Translations under genes and position numbers: made by a program
Assembly (NCBI GenBank): GCA_033763315.1
Contig: JANRKS010000019.1
Span: 160,001 to 224,000, forward strand
Reading direction: 5' to 3'
Length of the DNA stretch: 64,000 nucleotides
From: Deltaproteobacteria bacterium
GTDB lineage: Bacteria > Myxococcota_A > Polyangia > Fen-1088
The notes under the pieces: model-generated
The model's database searches: none
The model's input: the letters and a program-made list of their open reading frames with translations, nothing else
Told to the model about the DNA's origin: nothing
In this document: positions 56,537-64,000 of the stretch, one piece after another
Numbering within the stretch: the stretch's first letter is position 1
Layout of the letters: every line of letters starts with the position of its first letter

Positions 56537-57322
56537 TTACATCGCGTTTTGTTCGAGGCGGAACAACCGCTTCGCATTTTCGGAAGTGGCATGTGCGGCG
56601 GTTTCGAGATCAACGCCTTTGATCTCGGCCAGCTTCTTCAGCGTCTCCACCACATAGGCGGGTTCATTGCGCTTGCCGCGGTAGGGGATGGGCGCCAGGT
56701 AGGGCGCATCCGTTTCTATGGTGATGCGATCAAGTGGCGCAAACCGCGCCGCTTCACGGATGGCTTCCGCGTTCTTGAAGGTCAAGATGCCCGAGAACGA
56801 CAGCGTTTGGCCAAGATCGAGGTACACACGGGCCTCGGCCACGCCGCCGGTGAAGCAGTGGATCACACCCGGCGTGGGGCCAGCTTCTCGCAAGATGGCC
56901 TGAGCGTCCTCGTGGGCGTCCCGTATGTGCGACACCACGGGCCGTGACAGCTTCTGCGCAAGCGCAATGAAGCGGCGGTAGGCCGCCCGCTGCACATCCC
57001 GAGGCGACTGAGCATAGTGGTAATCCAGGCCCGTCTCACCGATCGCCACCACGCGCGGCCGCCGGCCAAGCCGCTCAAGCTCTTGCCAGTCGGTTTCGGT
57101 CATAAGAGCGGCGTCGTGCGGGTGGACCCCAACCGCGGCCCACACATCCGCTTCGGCTTCCGCAATCTGCACGGCGCCACGGGCCGACGAGGTGTCGCGG
57201 CCACTGCCAATGCACACAAACGCCTGCACGCCCGCGGCCCGCGCCCGAATCAAGACGTCGGGCAACTCGCCCGCGTAATCATCGAAGTCGAGGTGGCAGT
57301 GGGTATCAACGACGGCAAACAC
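56537..57322 (-). CDS. tatD: TatD family DNase
   Basis: DTHCHL, GVHPH, IGETGLDY, HIRDA, HCF, ETDAPYL. Confidence 0.94.
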   Translation of the reverse strand: MFAVVDTHCHLDFDDYAGELPDVLIRARAAGVQAFVCIGSGRDTSSARGAVQIAEAEADVWAAVGVHPHDAALMTETDWQELERLGRRPRVVAIGETGLDYHYAQSPRDVQRAAYRRFIALAQKLSRPVVSHIRDAHEDAQAILREAGPTPGVIHCFTGGVAEARVYLDLGQTLSFSGILTFKNAEAIREAARFAPLDRITIETDAPYLAPIPYRGKRNEPAYVVETLKKLAEIKGVDLETAAHATSENAKRLFRLEQNAM

Positions 57323-57349
57323 GCGCCTAGGGTAGCAGTGGCAGTGGCG

Positions 57350-58315
57350 CTAGGCTTGCGCGCTGCTGGGGCCCGCACCCAGCATGGGCAGCCCGCTGGC
57401 TCGCAGCGCCACGCGCCCGGCGGCGTCGAACGTTAACGATGGCACTTGCCGGCACAACTCCTCCAAAACCTGAAGCGGCGGCACGAATTCGCGGGGGCGC
57501 CGATCGAACAAGGCCTGCGCCAATTGGTCAAGCGCCATCGACCCAGCCTCCAGGGTCCGTTCCATGGCGCGCACCAAACGCGAATCTTCGCTCTCGAACC
57601 AAAACCAGGCACCCTGTTTGTCGAGCCACCGGAAGCTGGGCCGCGAGGCCACCACAGTGCGCAGGAAGTCCAGCCGCGCCGCCCCCGCTTGCTCGGCCAG
57701 ATGGATGAGGTTCGCCAGGCCCCACGACACAACGGAGCGCACGGCCAGGCCATAAAAACGCTGCGTGGTGGAAAGATCAGGCCCCGGCACCACCAGGCAA
57801 AGATCACCGCGGCGAAGAATGGCGTAGGGAATCGGTGCCTCGACGAAGCGGCTGGCGCGTTCGATCTGCGCCAAGGTCACTTCGCCGCGGGTCAGCGCTT
57901 GCTGACGCAGCTCCGCGAGGATATGCGCCTCCGAGGCGGGTGCCAGCGCGCCGATGACACCGATGGCGCGCTCGAGCAGGGGCGTGGGTGGGCGGGGCCA
58001 CAGGCGGGGTCTGGCGACCAGCAACGGCGCCAACTCGTCTTCGAGAACGGAGGGTGTGCCTTCCGGGTGCATGGCGGCGTGTCGCATGGCCACAGCGGTG
58101 GCAACGGCATCGTGAAGCGTGCGCAAGCCAAATCCGGGAATCGCGAGCAAGCGGCCCACGGTCCACAGGCCGTCCATGGACTCATGCAACACAGCGCGCT
58201 CAAGCGACGCGCGCACCTTCGGGGGAAGCGGGATGTCGCGCAGGATCTCGGCGGGAGAGGGCGCCGTGCGCATGAGGAACTCCGCGGGCGGGCGACGAAG
58301 CGTGGAGGTGGGCAT
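57350..58315 (-). CDS. Hypothetical protein with RNA-polymerase-alpha-CTD-like HhH motif
   Basis: LPPKVRASL...WTVGRLLAIPGFGLRTL; FRWLDKQGAWFW. Start uncertain (58315 or 58384). Confidence 0.55.
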   Translation of the reverse strand: MPTSTLRRPPAEFLMRTAPSPAEILRDIPLPPKVRASLERAVLHESMDGLWTVGRLLAIPGFGLRTLHDAVATAVAMRHAAMHPEGTPSVLEDELAPLLVARPRLWPRPPTPLLERAIGVIGALAPASEAHILAELRQQALTRGEVTLAQIERASRFVEAPIPYAILRRGDLCLVVPGPDLSTTQRFYGLAVRSVVSWGLANLIHLAEQAGAARLDFLRTVVASRPSFRWLDKQGAWFWFESEDSRLVRAMERTLEAGSMALDQLAQALFDRRPREFVPPLQVLEELCRQVPSLTFDAAGRVALRASGLPMLGAGPSSAQA

Positions 58316-58447
58316 AGCCCTGGACAAAGAGGCCAAAAGGGCCGCCGTCGTCGCAATCGCGGAAGCGGAAGACATCCCCACCAAAGTAAAGGTGGTGTGT
58401 CTCCGATATGTTTCGGCGGCGCAAAATGGCCGTAAACCGTTCGGCTT

Positions 58448-59443
58448 CTAAAGGCGGGCTGCGACGGAGGCAGCACCGAGAAGGCCCACAGACGGATGCG
58501 TGACCACAAAACACGGTATTTTTGCGACCAAAGGCTGAAAGCGCCCCTTGGCTTCGAATGCTTGGCGGAACACGCCATTGCTCATCACAGGGGTGATGCG
58601 GGGGGCGATGCCGCCAGCGATAAACACGCCGCCTGTGGCCAAGAACGTCAGCGCCAAGTTGCCCGCCAGCCCGCCGAGAATCGAACAAAACAGGTTGATG
58701 GCCATCACGCAGATCGGATCCTTGCCCTCCATGGCTTGGCGAGCGATGACCGCTGCGGGATCCTCGACCACCATCATGCCCTTGGTGTCCTCGGCCACAA
58801 GCGGGCGCAACGATGGTTCACTGGTAAGGAAGCCAAAAATATCGGCCAGCCCCTGGGCCGACAAAACGCGTTCATAAGAAACACGGCCGTAGCGACCGGC
58901 CATATATGTCATGAGCCCCGTTTCCAGTGCGGATCGAGGCGTGAAGTCGACGTGACCCCCTTCAGAGGCGATGACCTGATAACGGTTGTCCGCAGGCGAC
59001 CAGAACAAAAAGCCTTCACCCAGGCCCGTGCCCGCGCCCATCACCACGATCGGGCCCGTGGGGTTCCGCTCTTTGCCACCCACCTCGTGCAGGCTGTCTT
59101 GCCCTATGACGGTGACACCCAACGCGGCAGCCTGAAAGTCGTTCACCAACGCCACCTTTTCGATTTTGGCCTTGGCTTCGATCTTCTTTGCGTCAACGAA
59201 CCAGGGCAGGTTGGTGACCCGGCAGGTGTTGTTCTCGACGGGACCAGGCACGCCAAAGCAGGCGCGCCGCGGATGCGTGTCCGGACCCAAGGCTTTGCGA
59301 ACGTCGTGGATGAATTTATCGGCAACGGCGTCAAGCGAGGCGTGGTCGGCAGAAGGGTACGCCTTCTCGAAGAAAATCTCGTTGTCACGCAAAAGCGCGA
59401 GGCGGCTGGTTTTGCCCCCGATGTCTCCGGCCAAAACGATCAC
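58448..59443 (-). CDS. glk: Glucokinase (Glk family)
   Basis: GDIGG, GVPGPV, TNLPW, NDF, GAGTGLG, SEGGH, GGIAPRI. Confidence 0.9.
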   Translation of the reverse strand: MIVLAGDIGGKTSRLALLRDNEIFFEKAYPSADHASLDAVADKFIHDVRKALGPDTHPRRACFGVPGPVENNTCRVTNLPWFVDAKKIEAKAKIEKVALVNDFQAAALGVTVIGQDSLHEVGGKERNPTGPIVVMGAGTGLGEGFLFWSPADNRYQVIASEGGHVDFTPRSALETGLMTYMAGRYGRVSYERVLSAQGLADIFGFLTSEPSLRPLVAEDTKGMMVVEDPAAVIARQAMEGKDPICVMAINLFCSILGGLAGNLALTFLATGGVFIAGGIAPRITPVMSNGVFRQAFEAKGRFQPLVAKIPCFVVTHPSVGLLGAASVAARL

Positions 59444-59512
59444 GCGTGGCTCCTTGTGCTGCTGGCGATCCGCATTCCCTACGATACCCCGTTCTGTGAT
59501 TCCCTGCGCGCC

Positions 59513-59986
59513 TTAGTGCGCGCCCTTAGGGCTGTTGACGCCATCAGGGCCGGCTTCGAGTTGCGTCATCTTGTCCACGCGTTGGGCGTGGCGGCCGCCC
59601 TCGAACGGCGTGGCCAAAAAAGCGTCCACGATGGCCGTGGCTGTGTCGGGCGGCACGAAGCGCTCCCCCAGGCACACAATGTTGGCGTCATTGTGCGAAC
59701 GAGCCATCCGTGCGGCCTCTATTGAAAAGCCCTGGGCGGCCCGTATCCCGGCGATTTTGTTCGCGGCGATGCACATGCCTGTGCCCGAGCCGCACACCAA
59801 CACGCCCAGCGTGCCCGCGGTGTCACGCACAGCCCGGGCCACGGGCGCGGCGTAGTCGGGGTAATCACTGCGTTGGTCCGTGGCAGCACCCATGTCCTGC
59901 ACGTCATGCCCGCGCGCACGCAAATGCGCCACTACCTTTTGCCGGAGGTGAAAACCGGCGTGATCACTAGCGACGAAGAGCTTCAC
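59513..59986 (-). CDS. rpiB: Ribose-5-phosphate isomerase B
   Basis: ASDHAG, DYPD, CGSGTGM, ANKIAGIRAA, HNDAN, FEGGRH. Confidence 0.95.
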   Translation of the reverse strand: MKLFVASDHAGFHLRQKVVAHLRARGHDVQDMGAATDQRSDYPDYAAPVARAVRDTAGTLGVLVCGSGTGMCIAANKIAGIRAAQGFSIEAARMARSHNDANIVCLGERFVPPDTATAIVDAFLATPFEGGRHAQRVDKMTQLEAGPDGVNSPKGAH

Positions 59987-60109
59987 GGCGAGCCACAATG
60001 GCAGGAAGGGCCCAGCCTTTCAAGTGCCCGTTTGGGCCGGCACGCCCGGTTGATTTCGCGGTGTTCGCTTTGGTTCCGAAGCCTCGGGCCCTCTGTTATA
60101 TGCAGGCGC

Positions 60110-60874
60110 ATGAAACTTGCGACGTGGAACGTAAACTCGGTGCGGGCGCGGCTTCCGCGCGTGATCGATTGGCTCACGAAGAACGCCCCGGACGTGGTGT
60201 GCTTGCAAGAGACCAAGGTCGAGGACACCGCTTTCCCACACGACGAGTTTCGCGCTTTGGGTTACCAGACCACGATCTTCGGGCAGCGCACGTACAACGG
60301 CGTGGCCATTCTTTCGCGCGCCCCTGTCACCGACGTGGTGTTTGGTTTTGGCGACAACGATCCTGAAGCGCGCTATCTGGTGGCACGCGTGGAGGGCATT
60401 CGCGTGGCAAGCGCCTATGTGCCCAATGGCAAAGCGGTGGGAACCGACAAGTTTGCCTACAAGCTGGATTGGCTGGCGCGCTGGCGGCGCTGGTTGGACG
60501 CGCACGCGCGCCCAGATGAGCCCCTGGCCTTGTGCGGGGATTACAACATTGCCCCTGAGGATCGCGACGTTCACGATCCTGTGGCATGGAAAGATCAGGT
60601 GCTGTGCCACCCAGACGAACGCGCTGCCTTGGGCGTAATCAAAGCCTTCGGGGTGCATGACGTGTTTCGCAACCACACGCAGGACGCGGGGCTTTATTCG
60701 TGGTGGGATTACCGTCAGTTGGGGTTTCCCAAGAACCGCGGGCTGCGTATTGATTACATGCTGTGTTCGCAGCCTTTGGCTAGCCGGTGCACGAGCGTGC
60801 GCATCGATCGCGAGGCGCGCAAAGGCAAAGAGCCTTCAGATCACGCGCCGGTGGTTGCGGAGTTTTCGGCGTAA
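60110..60874 (+). CDS. xth: Exodeoxyribonuclease III
   Basis: ATWNVNSVRAR, LQETK, YNGVAILS, YVPNG, GDYNIAP, GLRIDY, SDHAPV. Start ATG 60110. Confidence 0.95.
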   Translation: MKLATWNVNSVRARLPRVIDWLTKNAPDVVCLQETKVEDTAFPHDEFRALGYQTTIFGQRTYNGVAILSRAPVTDVVFGFGDNDPEARYLVARVEGIRVASAYVPNGKAVGTDKFAYKLDWLARWRRWLDAHARPDEPLALCGDYNIAPEDRDVHDPVAWKDQVLCHPDERAALGVIKAFGVHDVFRNHTQDAGLYSWWDYRQLGFPKNRGLRIDYMLCSQPLASRCTSVRIDREARKGKEPSDHAPVVAEFSA

Positions 60875-60910
60875 GGCCGCGCGCTAAAGGCGTAAGGCCG
60901 CGCGCTAAAG
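60869..60910. repeat. Perfect 21-bp tandem duplication spanning the xth/cls convergent junction
   Basis: GCGTAAGGCCGCGCGCTAAAG twice. Confidence 0.85.
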
Positions 60911-62062
60911 CCAATAACGAAACGAATAACAGAGGCGTTCGAGCAGGCGATCGAGCGGGCCGCGGTTAAGCACGCTTTCCAAGTCGACCTGCCGGCACTC
61001 AAGCGATTCGGTTTCGAAATAGGCGGCGGTTTGAGTGGCCATGTTTTCGTCCACCGTGTTGGCCACCAGCTCCAGATTGTAGGCCAAGGATCGGTGATCC
61101 ATGTTGTAGCTGCCGATCGATACAAATTCGTCGTCCACCAGCAACAGCTTGCTGTGCATCACTTTCGTGTGTTGCAAGATTTTCACGCCGCGTTTGAGCA
61201 GAAACGAGAACGAGGCGCGCGCGGCGTAATCCAACACGCGGGTGTCGCTGTGCAAAGGCAGCATGATCTGGACGTCCACGCCGCGGGCCGCGGCGGCGGC
61301 CAACGAATGCAAGATACCGCGATCGGGAACGAAGTAGGGGTTGCAGATCCACACGCGCTTTTGACTGGCACGGATGGCGAATAAGGCCGCGCGGCGGATG
61401 GCAAAGCGCTCGCGTAACTCGGTGTTTGCCAGGATCGCCACCGGCACGTTCCCAGCTTTGGCGGGTATGGGCAAGCTTTGTGGCGCCAACCGAAAACGTT
61501 TGCGCGAGCGTTTGTTCCAGGTTTGCAGAAACGCGCTTTCAATTTCACGGCCAGCTGGTCCTTCCACAGCCACGGCAGCGTCACGCCAATCTCCGCCGCC
61601 TTGTTCCGCTTCCACCCACTCGTCGGCGATGTTGATGCCGCCCGTGAAGGCCAGTTCGCCATCGACCACCAACGTCTTGCGGTGGTTGCGCCGGAACAAC
61701 CGCCAAAAGTTCGGCCGCCAGAACCGGTAAGCGTGATACACGATCGTGTGGACGCCGGCATCGCGCAGGTCCCGAAAGTATTTGAGGGACGTGTCACGGC
61801 AGCCAACGAAGTCGTAAAGCAGCCGGACCTCCACGCCTCTGCGGGCTGCTGCCTTAAGGCGCTCAGCGAACTTTTGCCCGATGGTGTCGCTGGCAAGAAT
61901 GTACATCTCCATCGATATGCGCTGTTTCGCTTGGTCGATGGCTGCCAACCACGCGGGGAACGCTTCTTTGCCATGGCGTAAAAAACGAACCGCGTTGCCC
62001 CCCAACGCGACCTGGGGGTCTTCCCAATAGAGCGAAATATGCAAACTGGGATGTCGTGACAT
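60905..62062 (-). CDS. Cardiolipin synthase-like phospholipase D (ClsB type, no N-terminal TM)
   Basis: Two HxKxxxxD motifs: NHRKTLVVD and MHSKLLLVD; NPYFVPD. Confidence 0.9.
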   Translation of the reverse strand: MSRHPSLHISLYWEDPQVALGGNAVRFLRHGKEAFPAWLAAIDQAKQRISMEMYILASDTIGQKFAERLKAAARRGVEVRLLYDFVGCRDTSLKYFRDLRDAGVHTIVYHAYRFWRPNFWRLFRRNHRKTLVVDGELAFTGGINIADEWVEAEQGGGDWRDAAVAVEGPAGREIESAFLQTWNKRSRKRFRLAPQSLPIPAKAGNVPVAILANTELRERFAIRRAALFAIRASQKRVWICNPYFVPDRGILHSLAAAAARGVDVQIMLPLHSDTRVLDYAARASFSFLLKRGVKILQHTKVMHSKLLLVDDEFVSIGSYNMDHRSLAYNLELVANTVDENMATQTAAYFETESLECRQVDLESVLNRGPLDRLLERLCYSFRYWL

Positions 62063-62175
62063 GGCGTCCCGCGGCGGCGGCTAGTGTACACGCTCGGCCG
62101 CCGCGGGCCGTGCCACCTTAGCCTCAAGCGCTTGCTGGGTTCCGGGCGCGATTGCAACCGTTTCCCCCCGAGGTG

Positions 62176-62204
62176 TTGACCACAGCGTGCCAAAGCTGTA
62201 CGTT
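62176..62204 (+). promoter_or_regulatory. Sigma70 promoter of infA
   Basis: TTGACC - 17 bp - TACGTT. Confidence 0.5.
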
Positions 62205-62216
62205 TCACACCCCTAA

Positions 62217-62432
62217 ATGGCCCGTGAAGAGCATATTGAGTTTCAAGGACGCGTGATCGAAGTCTTGCCCGCGGGCAGTTTCCGAGTGGAACTGGAGACG
62301 GGACATCAAGTGCTTGCGCACTTGGGAGGCAAGCTACGTAAGCACCGCATCCGCGTGGTCTTGGGCGATAAGGTCACTGTGGCCTTGACGCCTTACGATC
62401 CCACGCGTGGAATCATCGTCTATCGCGGGTAG
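62217..62432 (+). CDS. infA: Translation initiation factor IF-1
   Basis: [18 protein letters not shown]...FRVELE.GH.VLAH..GK...IRV..GDKV.V..TPYD..RG.IVYR. Confidence 0.95.
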   Translation: MAREEHIEFQGRVIEVLPAGSFRVELETGHQVLAHLGGKLRKHRIRVVLGDKVTVALTPYDPTRGIIVYRG

Positions 62433-62464
62433 TTCGTTTTGGGTGTTGGCTGCCAGAGCAGGAC

Positions 62465-63937
62465 ATGACCAACAGGTTTGCCAACGGCGTTTTGTGGATC
62501 GGGTTGGTGGCCGGCGCGTTCTTTGCGGGCAGAGCCACCGCTCAACAGACACCCCCCACCGCGCCAGTGGTTCCACCGCCCACGAGTGTCCCTCGTCCCG
62601 TGGCGGTGCCAGCGCTGCCGGGCATTTCGGCGCCTGCCCATGCGCCTACGCCCGTGGACATGCAGGGCTCCGTGGCGCCGCTCGTGGCGCACGTCAAAGG
62701 GGCCGTGGTGGCGATTCACACGTCGAAGGTCATTCGGCGGGTGGTGCGCGAAGATCCATTTTCGCAGTTCTTGCGTGAGCGCCTCGGAGGCGGTTCGGCG
62801 CCGCTTGAACAGCAAGAAACGCAGCGCAGTCTGGGCTCGGGCTTCGTGATCGACAAGCAGGGCACCATCCTCACCAATAACCATGTCGTGGCGGGTGCCG
62901 ACGAAGTCATCGTGATCTTGGACGATCAGCGCAGCTTTTCCGCAAAAGTTTTGGGCAACGATCCTTCCAGCGACGTTGCTGTGGTGAAGTTAGACAAGCC
63001 CCCCGCTGATCTAAGCCCAGCTGTGCTTGGTGATTCAGACGTGTTGGCCGTGGGTGATTATGTTTTGGCGATTGGCAACCCGCTGGGGTTGGGGCAAACG
63101 GTGACGATGGGGATCGTTAGCGCCAAGAACCGATCCCTTGGCACGAAACTGGGCGAGATTGAGCCCGTGTACCAAGACTTCATCCAAACCGACGCGGCCA
63201 TCAACCAAGGCAACTCGGGTGGCCCGTTGTTCAACTTCCGCGGTGAAGTGATTGGCATCAATTCGGCCATCTTAAATCCCGCCGTGGCGATGAACGTGGG
63301 GTTTGCAATCCCGATCAATTTGGCTCGAAGCATCGCGGGCCAATTGCAGAAGTCGGGGCAGGTGGCGCGTGGTTATTTGGGTGTTTCAACCGAGGACGTC
63401 ACGCCGGAGCTTTCCACCAAGTTTGGCCTCGATCAAAGCGCCGGAGCCCTGGTGAAATTCGTGGTTGAGAATTCACCGGCCGCGCGCGCGGGCATCAAAC
63501 AAAACGATGTGATCGTTGAGATCGCCGGGCGGCCGATTGGTCGAAAGAATCAACTGGCGCAGGTGATTGCGCAACTGACGCCCGGGGCGAAGGTCAAAGT
63601 GGCGTTTCTGCGTGGCAAGCAGCGCTTCGAAACGGAAGCCGTTCTAGAGGAGCGCGCCGCCGGGGACGCCGTGCTTGGGTTGCGGGTGGCGCCGCTGTCG
63701 CCTGAAGAATCAAAAAGCGTGGGCTTGCGAGCAGGGCAGGGCGTGCGTGTGATTGACGTGGATCCCAACGCCTTTACGAGCGGCGAATTGGTCCGTGATG
63801 ATTGGCTGTTGGCGATTGACCGCACGCCCGTGACGGTGCCTCTGCTCAAACGGCTGGAGACGGTGTTGCAAGAAGGCGGCTACGCCCGCCTGATTGTGCA
63901 GCGGGGCCGCCAGCAATTTGTGCTCACGCTAAGGTGA
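62465..63937 (+). CDS. DegP/DegQ (HtrA) periplasmic serine protease with PDZ domains
   Basis: GSGFVI, TNNHVV, DVAVV, IQTDAAINQGNSGGPL, RGYLGV. Confidence 0.94.
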   Translation: MTNRFANGVLWIGLVAGAFFAGRATAQQTPPTAPVVPPPTSVPRPVAVPALPGISAPAHAPTPVDMQGSVAPLVAHVKGAVVAIHTSKVIRRVVREDPFSQFLRERLGGGSAPLEQQETQRSLGSGFVIDKQGTILTNNHVVAGADEVIVILDDQRSFSAKVLGNDPSSDVAVVKLDKPPADLSPAVLGDSDVLAVGDYVLAIGNPLGLGQTVTMGIVSAKNRSLGTKLGEIEPVYQDFIQTDAAINQGNSGGPLFNFRGEVIGINSAILNPAVAMNVGFAIPINLARSIAGQLQKSGQVARGYLGVSTEDVTPELSTKFGLDQSAGALVKFVVENSPAARAGIKQNDVIVEIAGRPIGRKNQLAQVIAQLTPGAKVKVAFLRGKQRFETEAVLEERAAGDAVLGLRVAPLSPEESKSVGLRAGQGVRVIDVDPNAFTSGELVRDDWLLAIDRTPVTVPLLKRLETVLQEGGYARLIVQRGRQQFVLTLR

Positions 63938-64000
63938 TGCGCTGGGCGCGAACACAACACGCGCGCCCGTAAGTTTCACGATGTCCTCTTCGCTCACGTC

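Noticed and set aside
63880-64000. 3' end of a minus-strand gene at the right edge (DVSEEDIVKLTGARV...)
   Set aside because: Too short to assign a frame or product with confidence.

Overview
GC-rich bacterial chromosomal segment. The gene repertoire (TSP3-repeat surface protein, DUF1592-type lipoprotein, TPR plus Cys-rich lipoprotein pair, AgmX/PglI-type C-terminal domain) points to a myxobacterium (Myxococcota); this is an inference. Most of the window is housekeeping: aroC, speA, rpmB, orn, rpsN, an M16 peptidase pair, a heterodimeric ABC exporter, gpsA, aat, a ctaA-ctaB fusion, trpEGDCF, rplC, rlmE, mutL-miaA-accA-thyX, tatD, glk, rpiB, xth, cls, infA and degP/Q. An accessory block at about 6.2-13.5 kb holds the most interesting material. 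(i) A three-gene operon with a Cyc2-like monoheme cytochrome-porin fusion between two cytochrome-motif lipoproteins. (ii) A duplicated minus-strand 'promoter ... GCGGAGCCC-terminator' element bracketing a DUF6036 nucleotidyltransferase toxin-antitoxin-like pair. One copy carries a near-leaderless 66-aa micro-ORF with seven tandem Arg codons; the other looks like a ~70-nt sRNA. (iii) An AT-hook protein, zinc-free L28/S14 genes and a GNAT-RHH toxin-antitoxin pair. Other oddities: MutL lacking its endonuclease motifs, a His-depleted CtaA domain fused to CtaB, and a large TSP3 protein missing from the ORF track because it runs off the left edge. I saw no rRNA, tRNA, CRISPR array, integrase or transposase. 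All family assignments come from motif recognition by eye, not database searches.
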